Of a DNA stretch of 64,000 nt, positions 57,138-64,000 are shown piece after piece (within the stretch, counting starts at the first letter, position 1; each line of letters starts with the position of its first letter). The notes beneath the pieces are model-generated. The model was not told the origin of the DNA. It worked only from the letters and a program-made list of their open reading frames with translations, and did not search any database. Position numbers and translations under genes: made by a program. Location of the stretch: IMG/VR virus record IMGVR_UViG_3300028844_004984; one strand, written 5' to 3'. This stretch comes from a virus.

Positions 57138-58247
57138 ATGAGAAGTGTATTACTTTTATTGTGTGTACTACCTTTGATGGTACATGCCCAGCAACCTAAG
57201 TTTGGTGAAGAACCATCAAAAAGGTGGACAGAAAGTGAGTTCTCAAAAAAGTTCAAAAGAGAATTTAAGTTTTCAACATTTTACCTTGCGTATAATGGTA
57301 ACAACTCGGTTTCTGACGTAACAACATATTCAGTAACCAATGGGTTAACCACAACAACCTCATCTACACCATATGATTATTCAGGTGTATTTGGTATCAG
57401 AAAAATTCAACGATTCGGATACGAACCAAACATTCAGAACCGATTCAAAAATGGTACTGAGAACTCATTCTCTGATGCTGCGACAATTGGTAGTAAATCG
57501 AGAGGATTTGAATATCTTTTTGAGTTTGATTATAGAAGGCAGCAGGGTAGAGAGTTTTTGAGTCAAGACCACTTCCTTAGATACATTGCTGATAGATATG
57601 TTTTGAAGGTAGAGTATCTTGAGGACGGAATCGCAGATATTGGTTACTTCGAAGCATCACAAAGATTTAGACATAAGTTCAACAGAAAGTTTTCAATAAA
57701 CGCTGGAGCGGTTCAGAGAATCTCAGAACCATATGGATACGACCCACTGGATGAGTGGTTATTGGCTAATGGTAATATTCACTTTACCAATCTTGCTATC
57801 AATGAAATGGGTTATAGTATTGATTTCTCAGATGGATTAGATGGTATTCAATACATAGACCCCAACGGAGTAGTAGTTGCTACCAATAGAGAGGTTTGGG
57901 AAGCAGTTACAATCCCAAAAGTACTATCAGATTATGTTGATTTAAAAAGAAGTGAGCTACCAGATAAGTGGGAATACTCTTTAGTTATTGGTTTCGATTA
58001 CTACCACTACTCAAAAGATTTTTGGTTACATTCTTGGGCTAATGTACTACCATATCATGTAGATATAGATAATGAGTATAGCTATCATACATTCAATAAC
58101 GGACAGTGGATTGATTATTCGGGTGGATTAATATTCGGATACAGATTCACAAAATCACTTGGGGTATTTACTGAAGGGAGATATCACAAGTACTGGAATC
58201 GCAGTTGGTACGAATTTTCAACTGGAATTAACTTCATAATATTATAA
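57138..58247 (+). CDS. Putative outer-membrane beta-barrel protein
   Basis: Signal peptide 'VHA|QQ', alternating aromatic beta-strands, C-terminal 'YEFSTGINFIIL'. Confidence 0.65.
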   Translation: MRSVLLLLCVLPLMVHAQQPKFGEEPSKRWTESEFSKKFKREFKFSTFYLAYNGNNSVSDVTTYSVTNGLTTTTSSTPYDYSGVFGIRKIQRFGYEPNIQNRFKNGTENSFSDAATIGSKSRGFEYLFEFDYRRQQGREFLSQDHFLRYIADRYVLKVEYLEDGIADIGYFEASQRFRHKFNRKFSINAGAVQRISEPYGYDPLDEWLLANGNIHFTNLAINEMGYSIDFSDGLDGIQYIDPNGVVVATNREVWEAVTIPKVLSDYVDLKRSELPDKWEYSLVIGFDYYHYSKDFWLHSWANVLPYHVDIDNEYSYHTFNNGQWIDYSGGLIFGYRFTKSLGVFTEGRYHKYWNRSWYEFSTGINFIIL

Positions 58248-58256
58248 GGATACGAA

Positions 58257-58541
58257 ATGGCAAAGCAGTTAAGCGAAGAAACTAAAATCACATTAGACTT
58301 AAAAACTATTGGCTTAATTTTAGTAGGAGTAGCAACAGTTGTGGGAATGTGGTTCGCACTTCAAGCGGATATAGAAGAAGCAAAGGAATTACCAGTACCA
58401 CCTGAGCCGGATGTTACACGAATGGAATACGATATGAAAGACCAACTGATTAGGCAAACAATTATGACTACTCAAGAGGATGTGGGTGAGCTGAAAGAAG
58501 ATATAAAGCGTATTGAAGAAAAAATAGATAGATTAAAGTAA
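58257..58541 (+). CDS. Single-TM coiled-coil protein
   Basis: TM segment 'IGLILVGVATVVGMWF' followed by a heptad coil. Confidence 0.65.
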   Translation: MAKQLSEETKITLDLKTIGLILVGVATVVGMWFALQADIEEAKELPVPPEPDVTRMEYDMKDQLIRQTIMTTQEDVGELKEDIKRIEEKIDRLK

Positions 58542-58550
58542 GGAGAACCC

Positions 58551-58877
58551 ATGAAAAAGTTTTTACTGATTCCGTTCCTACTTTTGAGTAATCTCGCCGG
58601 AGCTCAGATTGTAGTAATGCATTTCAACGCTGGTTGGAACGAACCAAACGATGTTGAGTGGGTAAGTGATTTAGAAGATTGTGAAATCGACTTCATTGAT
58701 ATCGCCAAAAAACCCAAACTACAACAAAAATGGAATGTGGTGGTTGTACCAACAGTCATACTCATTCAGTACGATGAAGAAAAGAAGAGATATCAAGCGG
58801 ATTTGAGTTTCAAATTATCCGCTACAAAAGAAGAAATTCAAGATAAAATAGATGAGCTAATATTAGATGGATTCTAA
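58551..58877 (+). CDS. Exported thioredoxin-fold protein lacking CxxC
   Basis: Signal peptide; 'HFNAGWN' in place of FxAxWCxxC; 'VVPTVIL' cis-Pro loop. Confidence 0.65.
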   Translation: MKKFLLIPFLLLSNLAGAQIVVMHFNAGWNEPNDVEWVSDLEDCEIDFIDIAKKPKLQQKWNVVVVPTVILIQYDEEKKRYQADLSFKLSATKEEIQDKIDELILDGF

Positions 58878-58926
58878 TATCTCAAGATACTTATAGAAGT
58901 ATAAACAAACAAAAATAGTTGCGGTT

Positions 58927-59172
58927 ATGAAAAAAATTTGGAGTAGAATTATGGCATTTAAAGATATTTTCAAAGATGAAAATGATATGAATGAGAAAAA
59001 TGTAATTGGTTTCATATCATTCACAGTAATGGTATTATTTGCTGCAGCAGATTTGGTAACTGGCTACGTTGGAAAGGACTTGGTTGTTCAGGAGTTTATT
59101 TATAACTCATTTGTTATCGTAACACTTGGTTGTTTTGGAATCGCAGGAATTGAAAAGTTCGCGAAGAAGTGA
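58927..59172 (+). CDS. Two-TM membrane protein (holin-like)
   Basis: Two hydrophobic segments and a basic C-terminus 'EKFAKK'. Confidence 0.55.
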   Translation: MKKIWSRIMAFKDIFKDENDMNEKNVIGFISFTVMVLFAAADLVTGYVGKDLVVQEFIYNSFVIVTLGCFGIAGIEKFAKK

Positions 59173-59603
59173 TGTTCACTTTTAAAAATACATATATGGC
59201 AATAGTACTTGGCATAGGTTCATCCATGGGGTTTTTATGTACATATCTAATGGATGTGGCTATGGGGAATGCTGAACAATATTTAGCCGTAGTTTCAGTT
59301 CTATTATTGGATGGGTTCTTTGGTATTATCGCTGGTGCTAGGCGTGAGGGGTTCAAAACATACAAAGCACTTAGAGTGTTGAAAAACATATTTGCGTGGG
59401 AATTAATACTCACAGCAATCCTATCAATCGAATTGGGATTCAAAGGAACTTCTTGGTTATCCGAAACAATATTAGCACCATTTATGGTATTCCAGATGAT
59501 ATCAGCGTTAAAGAACGCATCAATGGCGGGATTCATTAAGAATGAACTTCTAAACGAAATCTTAGATAGAATCGACTCTCACAAAGGAAATCGCCAAAAA
59601 TAA
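59172..59603 (+). CDS. Phage holin family protein
   Basis: 'LLDGFFGIIAG.R.EGF.T.K', 'SALKNA...G' holin pattern with 3-4 TMs. Confidence 0.65.
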   Translation: MFTFKNTYMAIVLGIGSSMGFLCTYLMDVAMGNAEQYLAVVSVLLLDGFFGIIAGARREGFKTYKALRVLKNIFAWELILTAILSIELGFKGTSWLSETILAPFMVFQMISALKNASMAGFIKNELLNEILDRIDSHKGNRQK

Positions 59604-59636
59604 TCATTTATTAGCGCTACTACCATATTTATTTAT

Positions 59637-59804
59637 ATGAATGGTATAAGAGAATATGGTTGGAGAGATTGGATTAGCGTTCCTAAGAATAAGGAACTAT
59701 ACAATAAGGATATGTCCGAAGGATTACGGCAATTTAAACTTGAGCAACAACGAAGAGCTAGACAGTCGCAAGCGGCTGTGTTCAAACACAGAGGGTTGTA
59801 CTAA
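59637..59804 (+). CDS. Small hypothetical protein (not in ORF track)
   Basis: 55 aa MNGIREYGWRDW...KHRGLY, after TATTTATT, with TAATG coupling to the next gene. Confidence 0.6.
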   Translation: MNGIREYGWRDWISVPKNKELYNKDMSEGLRQFKLEQQRRARQSQAAVFKHRGLY

Positions 59805-60163
59805 TGGATAGATTAAATACATTGATAGAACTTCTTGAAAAAAAGTATAATGATGTTCCAGTCAACGGAGCTGATAAATTACGAATCAGAGAAATAGTAC
59901 GTGAAGAGATAGAAAGGGTCGCAGAATCCCTTAAAGAAGTAGATGATTCGCAAATCTCGATGGCATACTCATCACTCGAACGAGCAATGAAGTACTCAAA
60001 AGGTACTTATAAAAAAATGAAAGAGAGTGGTGCAAGGGATGTTGATGGTTGGGTATTTGCTAAAATTACTCTTGCTGAAGATTATCTGAAATCGGTTTAC
60101 AGCTACTTAGATGGTACAGATGGTTTGGATGATACCCCAAACACACCAGATGATGTGGAGTAA
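59804..60163 (+). CDS. Hypothetical protein with LxE motifs
   Basis: 'IELLE|', 'IVREEI', 'SLKE|', 'WVFAKITLAEDYL'. Confidence 0.65.
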   Translation: MDRLNTLIELLEKKYNDVPVNGADKLRIREIVREEIERVAESLKEVDDSQISMAYSSLERAMKYSKGTYKKMKESGARDVDGWVFAKITLAEDYLKSVYSYLDGTDGLDDTPNTPDDVE

Positions 60164-60165
60164 TT

Positions 60166-61182
60166 ATGCCAAATTACAATAGAAAAGATATGCCACAAAT
60201 TAAAACCCAAAATTTGGCTAAAGCATTGGATGCTGTGGCTGATAGGGTCAGGGTATCTAAAGAGATGGTTTCCACATCTAAACTGAAGAGTTCTCAAAAA
60301 GAACTTTACAACGATAAGGTAAAGGCTATTGCTGATAAGCTAACTTCACCTAAAAAAATGAAACCGATAATTATATCTAAAGATAATTACATTGTCGATG
60401 GCCATCATAGATGGGCAGCCGCAGCCTATAAATTTGGTGATGGGGTTAAAATACCAGCCCACAAAATTCACTTAAATGTAAATTCATCTATAAAGTTGTA
60501 TAAGATGGTAGCTCAATCTATCGGAGAGATGGTTAGTGAACTAAAGGAAGCTATCAACATTCCGATTGAGATTGGTGATACTGTTTTGGGTGGTAAGTTC
60601 AAAAACAAAAGAATTGTTGTTAAATCAATCAGTAAAAATGAAAAGGGTGATATTACAATCAATGGTAGACCTCTTCTAAAGTATAGATTGTTAGATGAGT
60701 CCACCGCACCAAATCATAATGGTAAATCAGCACCATATGGTAGTGGGTACGATGAACTCAAAGAAGCTTGCTGGAAGGGCTATAAACAAGTTGGTGGTAA
60801 GATGAAAAATGGTAAGATGGTGCCAAATTGTGTACCAATCAACGAAATCCCAATGCCAGACTTGAAAAAGATTGATACATTTGCTGATAAGAAACTTAAT
60901 CCAGTTGATGTAGTAATCACAGATAAACACTTCTTTGATAGGTTAAACGACCCTAGAAATGGGAAAGAGATTACATCAGCAGAGTTAATTGGATTCTTCA
61001 AACGATTATCCAAACACAAAAAAACGTTCGTTAATTTTCTCGATAAATACAAATCAGTAGTTGCCGTAGATGATAGAACTGATATTAACATTCCGTTTAT
61101 GAAGCGCGCGAATAAAGCAATCGCTAAAACGGTAATGCGTAAAAAAGATTTTAAAACACCCGACAAAAAGTTGGATATTTGA
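60166..61182 (+). CDS. Modular protein: ParB/Srx-like domain plus small modules separated by LxE sites
   Basis: 'PIIISKDNYIVDGHHRWAA' ParB motif; LKE|, LDE|, LKE| and INE| junctions. Confidence 0.75.
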   Translation: MPNYNRKDMPQIKTQNLAKALDAVADRVRVSKEMVSTSKLKSSQKELYNDKVKAIADKLTSPKKMKPIIISKDNYIVDGHHRWAAAAYKFGDGVKIPAHKIHLNVNSSIKLYKMVAQSIGEMVSELKEAINIPIEIGDTVLGGKFKNKRIVVKSISKNEKGDITINGRPLLKYRLLDESTAPNHNGKSAPYGSGYDELKEACWKGYKQVGGKMKNGKMVPNCVPINEIPMPDLKKIDTFADKKLNPVDVVITDKHFFDRLNDPRNGKEITSAELIGFFKRLSKHKKTFVNFLDKYKSVVAVDDRTDINIPFMKRANKAIAKTVMRKKDFKTPDKKLDI

Positions 61183-61201
61183 TAAAAAGTTCGTATATTA
61201 A
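61170..61201 (+). promoter_or_regulatory. sigmaA-type promoter-like motif
   Basis: GTTG-N20-TATATTAA. Confidence 0.5.
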
Positions 61202-61202
61202 A

Positions 61203-61967
61203 GTGATAAAGTTAAAGAACATACTATTGGAAGGGAAATACGATAGACTCGTTGGTAATATTAACAAAGCAATTTTCAAATCAATGAGGAGTGCTATTGG
61301 GGGAAGTGGTACGCAGGAAAAACCTAAGAAGTATAAGGGATACGAAGTTCGTAAAGACCCTATACCATTTCAGGAGTTATCTGATATGTTTCAAGCAGAG
61401 AGTAGAGCTATATATGTGGGGGAGTTTTCAGACGATAAAGCTGGTGTTGATGTAGATGTTGATTTGAAGTTGGCAATCTCATCAGATGGTGTTATGCCAG
61501 GAAAGTTTTACATTGATGGAAATGCTGAAGATGATGAGTTCCCACAAATGGAAGTTATTATTGGTATCCATCCAGAAGATGCGAGTAGTGGTAAGGTTTT
61601 TTCAAAAATACAACCTGTATTGAGAGATTTGGTTAGACATGAAATAGAACACCTAACACATGGCAGAGGTTCTGGTTCAGTAAAACCATCTAAGATAATG
61701 AGAGGTGATAAGGCAATGCGGCAAAAGATTCGTTCGAATCCAAAGTTGTACTACAAATACTTCTTACTACCAAAAGAGGTGGATGCTAACATACATGGGT
61801 TGTACTCAAAGGCCAAAACTATGAAACAACCATATCAGAAGGTAGTTGATGATTATTTAGATTCATTGAGGGATGATGGTATCATTACCGATAAGAATCG
61901 TAAACAGATATACACTAAGTGGAAGAATCGAATTCCAAAGATTGGTGGTATCCCAAAGTTGAAGTGA
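61203..61967 (+). CDS. HExxH metallopeptidase-like protein with 'MIKLKNILLE' leader
   Basis: 'RHEIEHLTH...EVDA'; GTG start at 61203. Confidence 0.6.
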   Translation: MIKLKNILLEGKYDRLVGNINKAIFKSMRSAIGGSGTQEKPKKYKGYEVRKDPIPFQELSDMFQAESRAIYVGEFSDDKAGVDVDVDLKLAISSDGVMPGKFYIDGNAEDDEFPQMEVIIGIHPEDASSGKVFSKIQPVLRDLVRHEIEHLTHGRGSGSVKPSKIMRGDKAMRQKIRSNPKLYYKYFLLPKEVDANIHGLYSKAKTMKQPYQKVVDDYLDSLRDDGIITDKNRKQIYTKWKNRIPKIGGIPKLK

Positions 61968-61968
61968 T

Positions 61969-62556
61969 ATGAAGAAAGAGGATTTCGTAAATAAGATATT
62001 CAATCTGAATGAGGGTAAGATACTCAGAGTATTTGATTTTGATGATACTTTGGCTACAACCACATCGAACATCTATGTGAAACACAAAGATGGTACTGAA
62101 ACTAAGATGGACCCTGCCAAATACGCAAAGTATAATGAGAAGCCAGGTGATGAATACGACTTCAGAGAGTTCAACGGAATGTTGAACAACCCAAAGGTAA
62201 TCAAAAAGAATTTGAAACTGCTACAACGTATGTTGGATAACCCACAGAAAAAAGTTACCATACTAACGGCTCGTAAGTTGGGATTCCCAGTCAGAAAGTT
62301 TTTTAAGGATGAGTATGGTTTGGATGTTTACGTTGTAGCATTGGGTAGTAACAATCCAAAAGATAAATCTGATTGGATTGAAAAGCATATCAAAAAGGGA
62401 TACACCGATATCGCATTTATGGATGATTCATCTAAGAACATCAAAGCTGTAGATAGACTGAAGTCAAAATACCCAAACGTTCGTATCAAAACCCATTTGG
62501 TGCGTGAATTTATCGAAGAAGATGTACAAAAATATGTACAAAAGCTAATTCAGTAA
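61969..62556 (+). CDS. HAD-superfamily phosphatase
   Basis: 'FDFDDTL', 'ILTAR', 'K', 'FMDDS..N'; leader ending 'LNE|'. Confidence 0.8.
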   Translation: MKKEDFVNKIFNLNEGKILRVFDFDDTLATTTSNIYVKHKDGTETKMDPAKYAKYNEKPGDEYDFREFNGMLNNPKVIKKNLKLLQRMLDNPQKKVTILTARKLGFPVRKFFKDEYGLDVYVVALGSNNPKDKSDWIEKHIKKGYTDIAFMDDSSKNIKAVDRLKSKYPNVRIKTHLVREFIEEDVQKYVQKLIQ

Positions 62557-62580
62557 CTTAAAATCAATATTTATAATCAA

Positions 62581-62823
62581 ATGAACTACGAAAAGAAAGT
62601 AATGGAAATGGCATATGGGGCCCTTATGAAAAGGGATTTCCAATGGAGTCCAGAGTTTAGTGTGGAGATGCGCAATCAACTACTAAACTTACTTCTTGAA
62701 TACTTTACTGATATTGAACATTATGAAAAGTGTGCCAATATTGTAAAGTTACAAAACAAAAGTTGGGAGATTATGAATGGAAATATTAGCAAAGCAAATA
62801 CCACAGGAAGTTCAATCAGTTAA
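62581..62823 (+). CDS. UVR-motif-like small protein
   Basis: 'LLEYF..IEHYEKCA.I'. Confidence 0.55.
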   Translation: MNYEKKVMEMAYGALMKRDFQWSPEFSVEMRNQLLNLLLEYFTDIEHYEKCANIVKLQNKSWEIMNGNISKANTTGSSIS

Positions 62824-62938
62824 AGGTTGGATTGTATATGTGATGGATGTTACGGGAAGGCCCATCACAGCAGAGATTTGTGATTTAGATTACCTTGTCC
62901 CAACTATACTCAAATTCGAATCGATTTTTGATTTATGA
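62777..62938 (+). CDS. Small hypothetical protein (not in ORF track)
   Basis: 53 aa MEILAKQIPQE...FESIFDL, with ATGA coupling to clpS. Confidence 0.5.
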   Translation: MEILAKQIPQEVQSVKGWIVYVMDVTGRPITAEICDLDYLVPTILKFESIFDL

Positions 62939-63156
62939 AACTATTTATACTAAATGATAATGTTAATTCGTTTGACCACGTTGTAAGGTGTATTCAGAGA
63001 TATTTGAATTACCCATATATGCAAGGTTGTTCAATCGCAGATATTGTACATAACACTGGAAAGTGTTTGGTAAAAGAATCTGATGATGAGGAGCTAATTA
63101 AAAGTGTATATGAGATGTTGGTCGAAGAGGGTTTACATCTGAGAATAGAAGGATAA
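62935..63156 (+). CDS. clpS: ClpS-like N-degron adaptor
   Basis: 'LFILNDNVNSFDHVV..I.......A..VH..GK..V' ClpS core. Confidence 0.8.
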   Translation: MKLFILNDNVNSFDHVVRCIQRYLNYPYMQGCSIADIVHNTGKCLVKESDDEELIKSVYEMLVEEGLHLRIEG

Positions 63157-63157
63157 T

Positions 63158-63334
63158 ATGGCAAACTCTAATAAAAAATCAAAAGGTTTAGGTGATTCAA
63201 TCGCCAAAGTAACCGCTGCAGCAAAACTTGATATTATTGCTGAGAAGATTGCACACAAATTGGGCAAAGAAGATTGCGGTTGTTCAGAGCGACAGGAGAA
63301 GCTAAACAACCTATTCCCATACAAAGGAAGGTAA
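63158..63334 (+). CDS. Small CGC-motif phage protein (not in ORF track)
   Basis: 58 aa 'SKGLGDSIAKVT...DCGCSERQEKLNNLFPY'. Confidence 0.65.
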   Translation: MANSNKKSKGLGDSIAKVTAAAKLDIIAEKIAHKLGKEDCGCSERQEKLNNLFPYKGR

Positions 63335-63335
63335 T

Positions 63336-63998
63336 ATGAACCTAAAAGAATTCATACAAAACGAAATCAAGTCCACACTATTAGAAGATGTAGAGTTGGA
63401 CCAGATGTTCAACAAAGCTGAGCCAGTATCAGAATCTACCATTGAGTGGAAAGATGCGGAAGAAGGTGATTCGGCATTGGTGGTGAAAGATAACAAAATG
63501 GGTTTGATTATCAGAGCATATGGTAGAAAGTTCCATTTGAAGTTTGTTGATGGTACAATGAAAACCTATGATGCTAAAGAACTGAAGTTCTACAAATTCG
63601 AATCTGTTAATGAGGGACCTGGTTGGTCTAAATCAGCACTAGCAGCATTCAATCGTAAACCAATGCCAGGTCGTTACTTCATTTCAGATGAAAATGGTAA
63701 TATATTAGAAAAGGGTTTGAAAACCAGTAGGTCTTGGGTTACATACTTACAGCGATTCGGTAAGGCTAGTTATGGTTACTTAGGCGGTCAAAAGCCAACG
63801 GTAGTTAACATTCACGATGGTAAGAAAAACAATGAAGTTGTTGACCAATACTATTGGAGAGATAAGTCTGGTAAGGGTAACTACTCTATCGATATCGATG
63901 ACCCAACTCTTGGAAGCTTCGATAAGATTGACCCTAAGTATGTAAACTACAAAGAGATTGAGAAACAATTGGGTATCAAAAAAGAATCGGTTAGCGAA
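63336..63998 (+). CDS. Modular hypothetical protein with LxE motifs (3' truncated)
   Basis: ATG at 63336, frame open to the window end; 'MNLKEFIQNEIKSTLLE|', 'VSE', 'VNE|G'. Confidence 0.65.
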   Translation, partial: MNLKEFIQNEIKSTLLEDVELDQMFNKAEPVSESTIEWKDAEEGDSALVVKDNKMGLIIRAYGRKFHLKFVDGTMKTYDAKELKFYKFESVNEGPGWSKSALAAFNRKPMPGRYFISDENGNILEKGLKTSRSWVTYLQRFGKASYGYLGGQKPTVVNIHDGKKNNEVVDQYYWRDKSGKGNYSIDIDDPTLGSFDKIDPKYVNYKEIEKQLGIKKESVSE

Positions 63999-64000
63999 GG

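Noticed and set aside
33488-58877. Bacterial LPS/capsule locus or host chromosomal contamination
   Set aside because: No wzx/wzy/ABC export genes. The region shares the strand, gene coupling, promoter motifs and GATC avoidance of the flanking phage genes.
893-63968. Numerous minus-strand ORFs in the track (e.g. 893-1462, 9869-10600, 40752-41222)
   Set aside because: All lie antisense to convincing plus-strand genes and have no recognisable motifs, so they are shadow ORFs.
1-64000. Stop-codon reassignment, tRNA or rRNA genes, integrase or transposase
   Set aside because: The standard code gives full-length genes at high density, intergenic gaps are short with no cloverleaf seen, and no recombinase or transposase motifs were found.

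Overview
The window is a 64 kb, AT-rich, gene-dense segment of a large tailed dsDNA phage (T4-like or jumbo myophage gene content), with essentially all genes on the + strand. The host is most likely a Bacteroidota (Flavobacteria-like) bacterium, based on 12 TTTG-N20-TAnnTTTG-type promoters, a T9SS C-terminal sorting domain and mostly SD-less starts. Gene order: (1) tail/baseplate genes (1-8.1 kb); (2) a compact, divergent family A polymerase, a large putative capsid-packaged nuclease and a LamG lectin; (3) a replication/nucleotide module (SSB, RecA/UvsX, FEN, helicase, NrdBA, thioredoxin, PolB, clamp, clamp loader) interleaved with candidate DNA-modification genes (two Mom-like GNATs, a GT-B glycosyltransferase, a DruA/DUF4338-like protein, an HNH nuclease, MazG-like and Nmad1 proteins, dCMP deaminase); (4) a ~19 kb glycan island with about 11 glycosyltransferases plus NeuA/NeuB; (5) a late region with a T9SS-cargo repeat protein, a beta-barrel, holins and modular proteins with (L/I/V)xE cleavage motifs, plus ClpS. 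The best candidates for new biology are a replisome-coupled DNA-modification system whose enzymes share short aromatic terminal motifs, a phage-encoded T9SS cargo/outer-membrane cassette, a gene-32-type pseudoknot upstream of SSB, a PolA with a substituted steric gate, and a circularly permuted PLOD-type glycosyltransferase. All family assignments come from motif recognition by eye, with no database searches.
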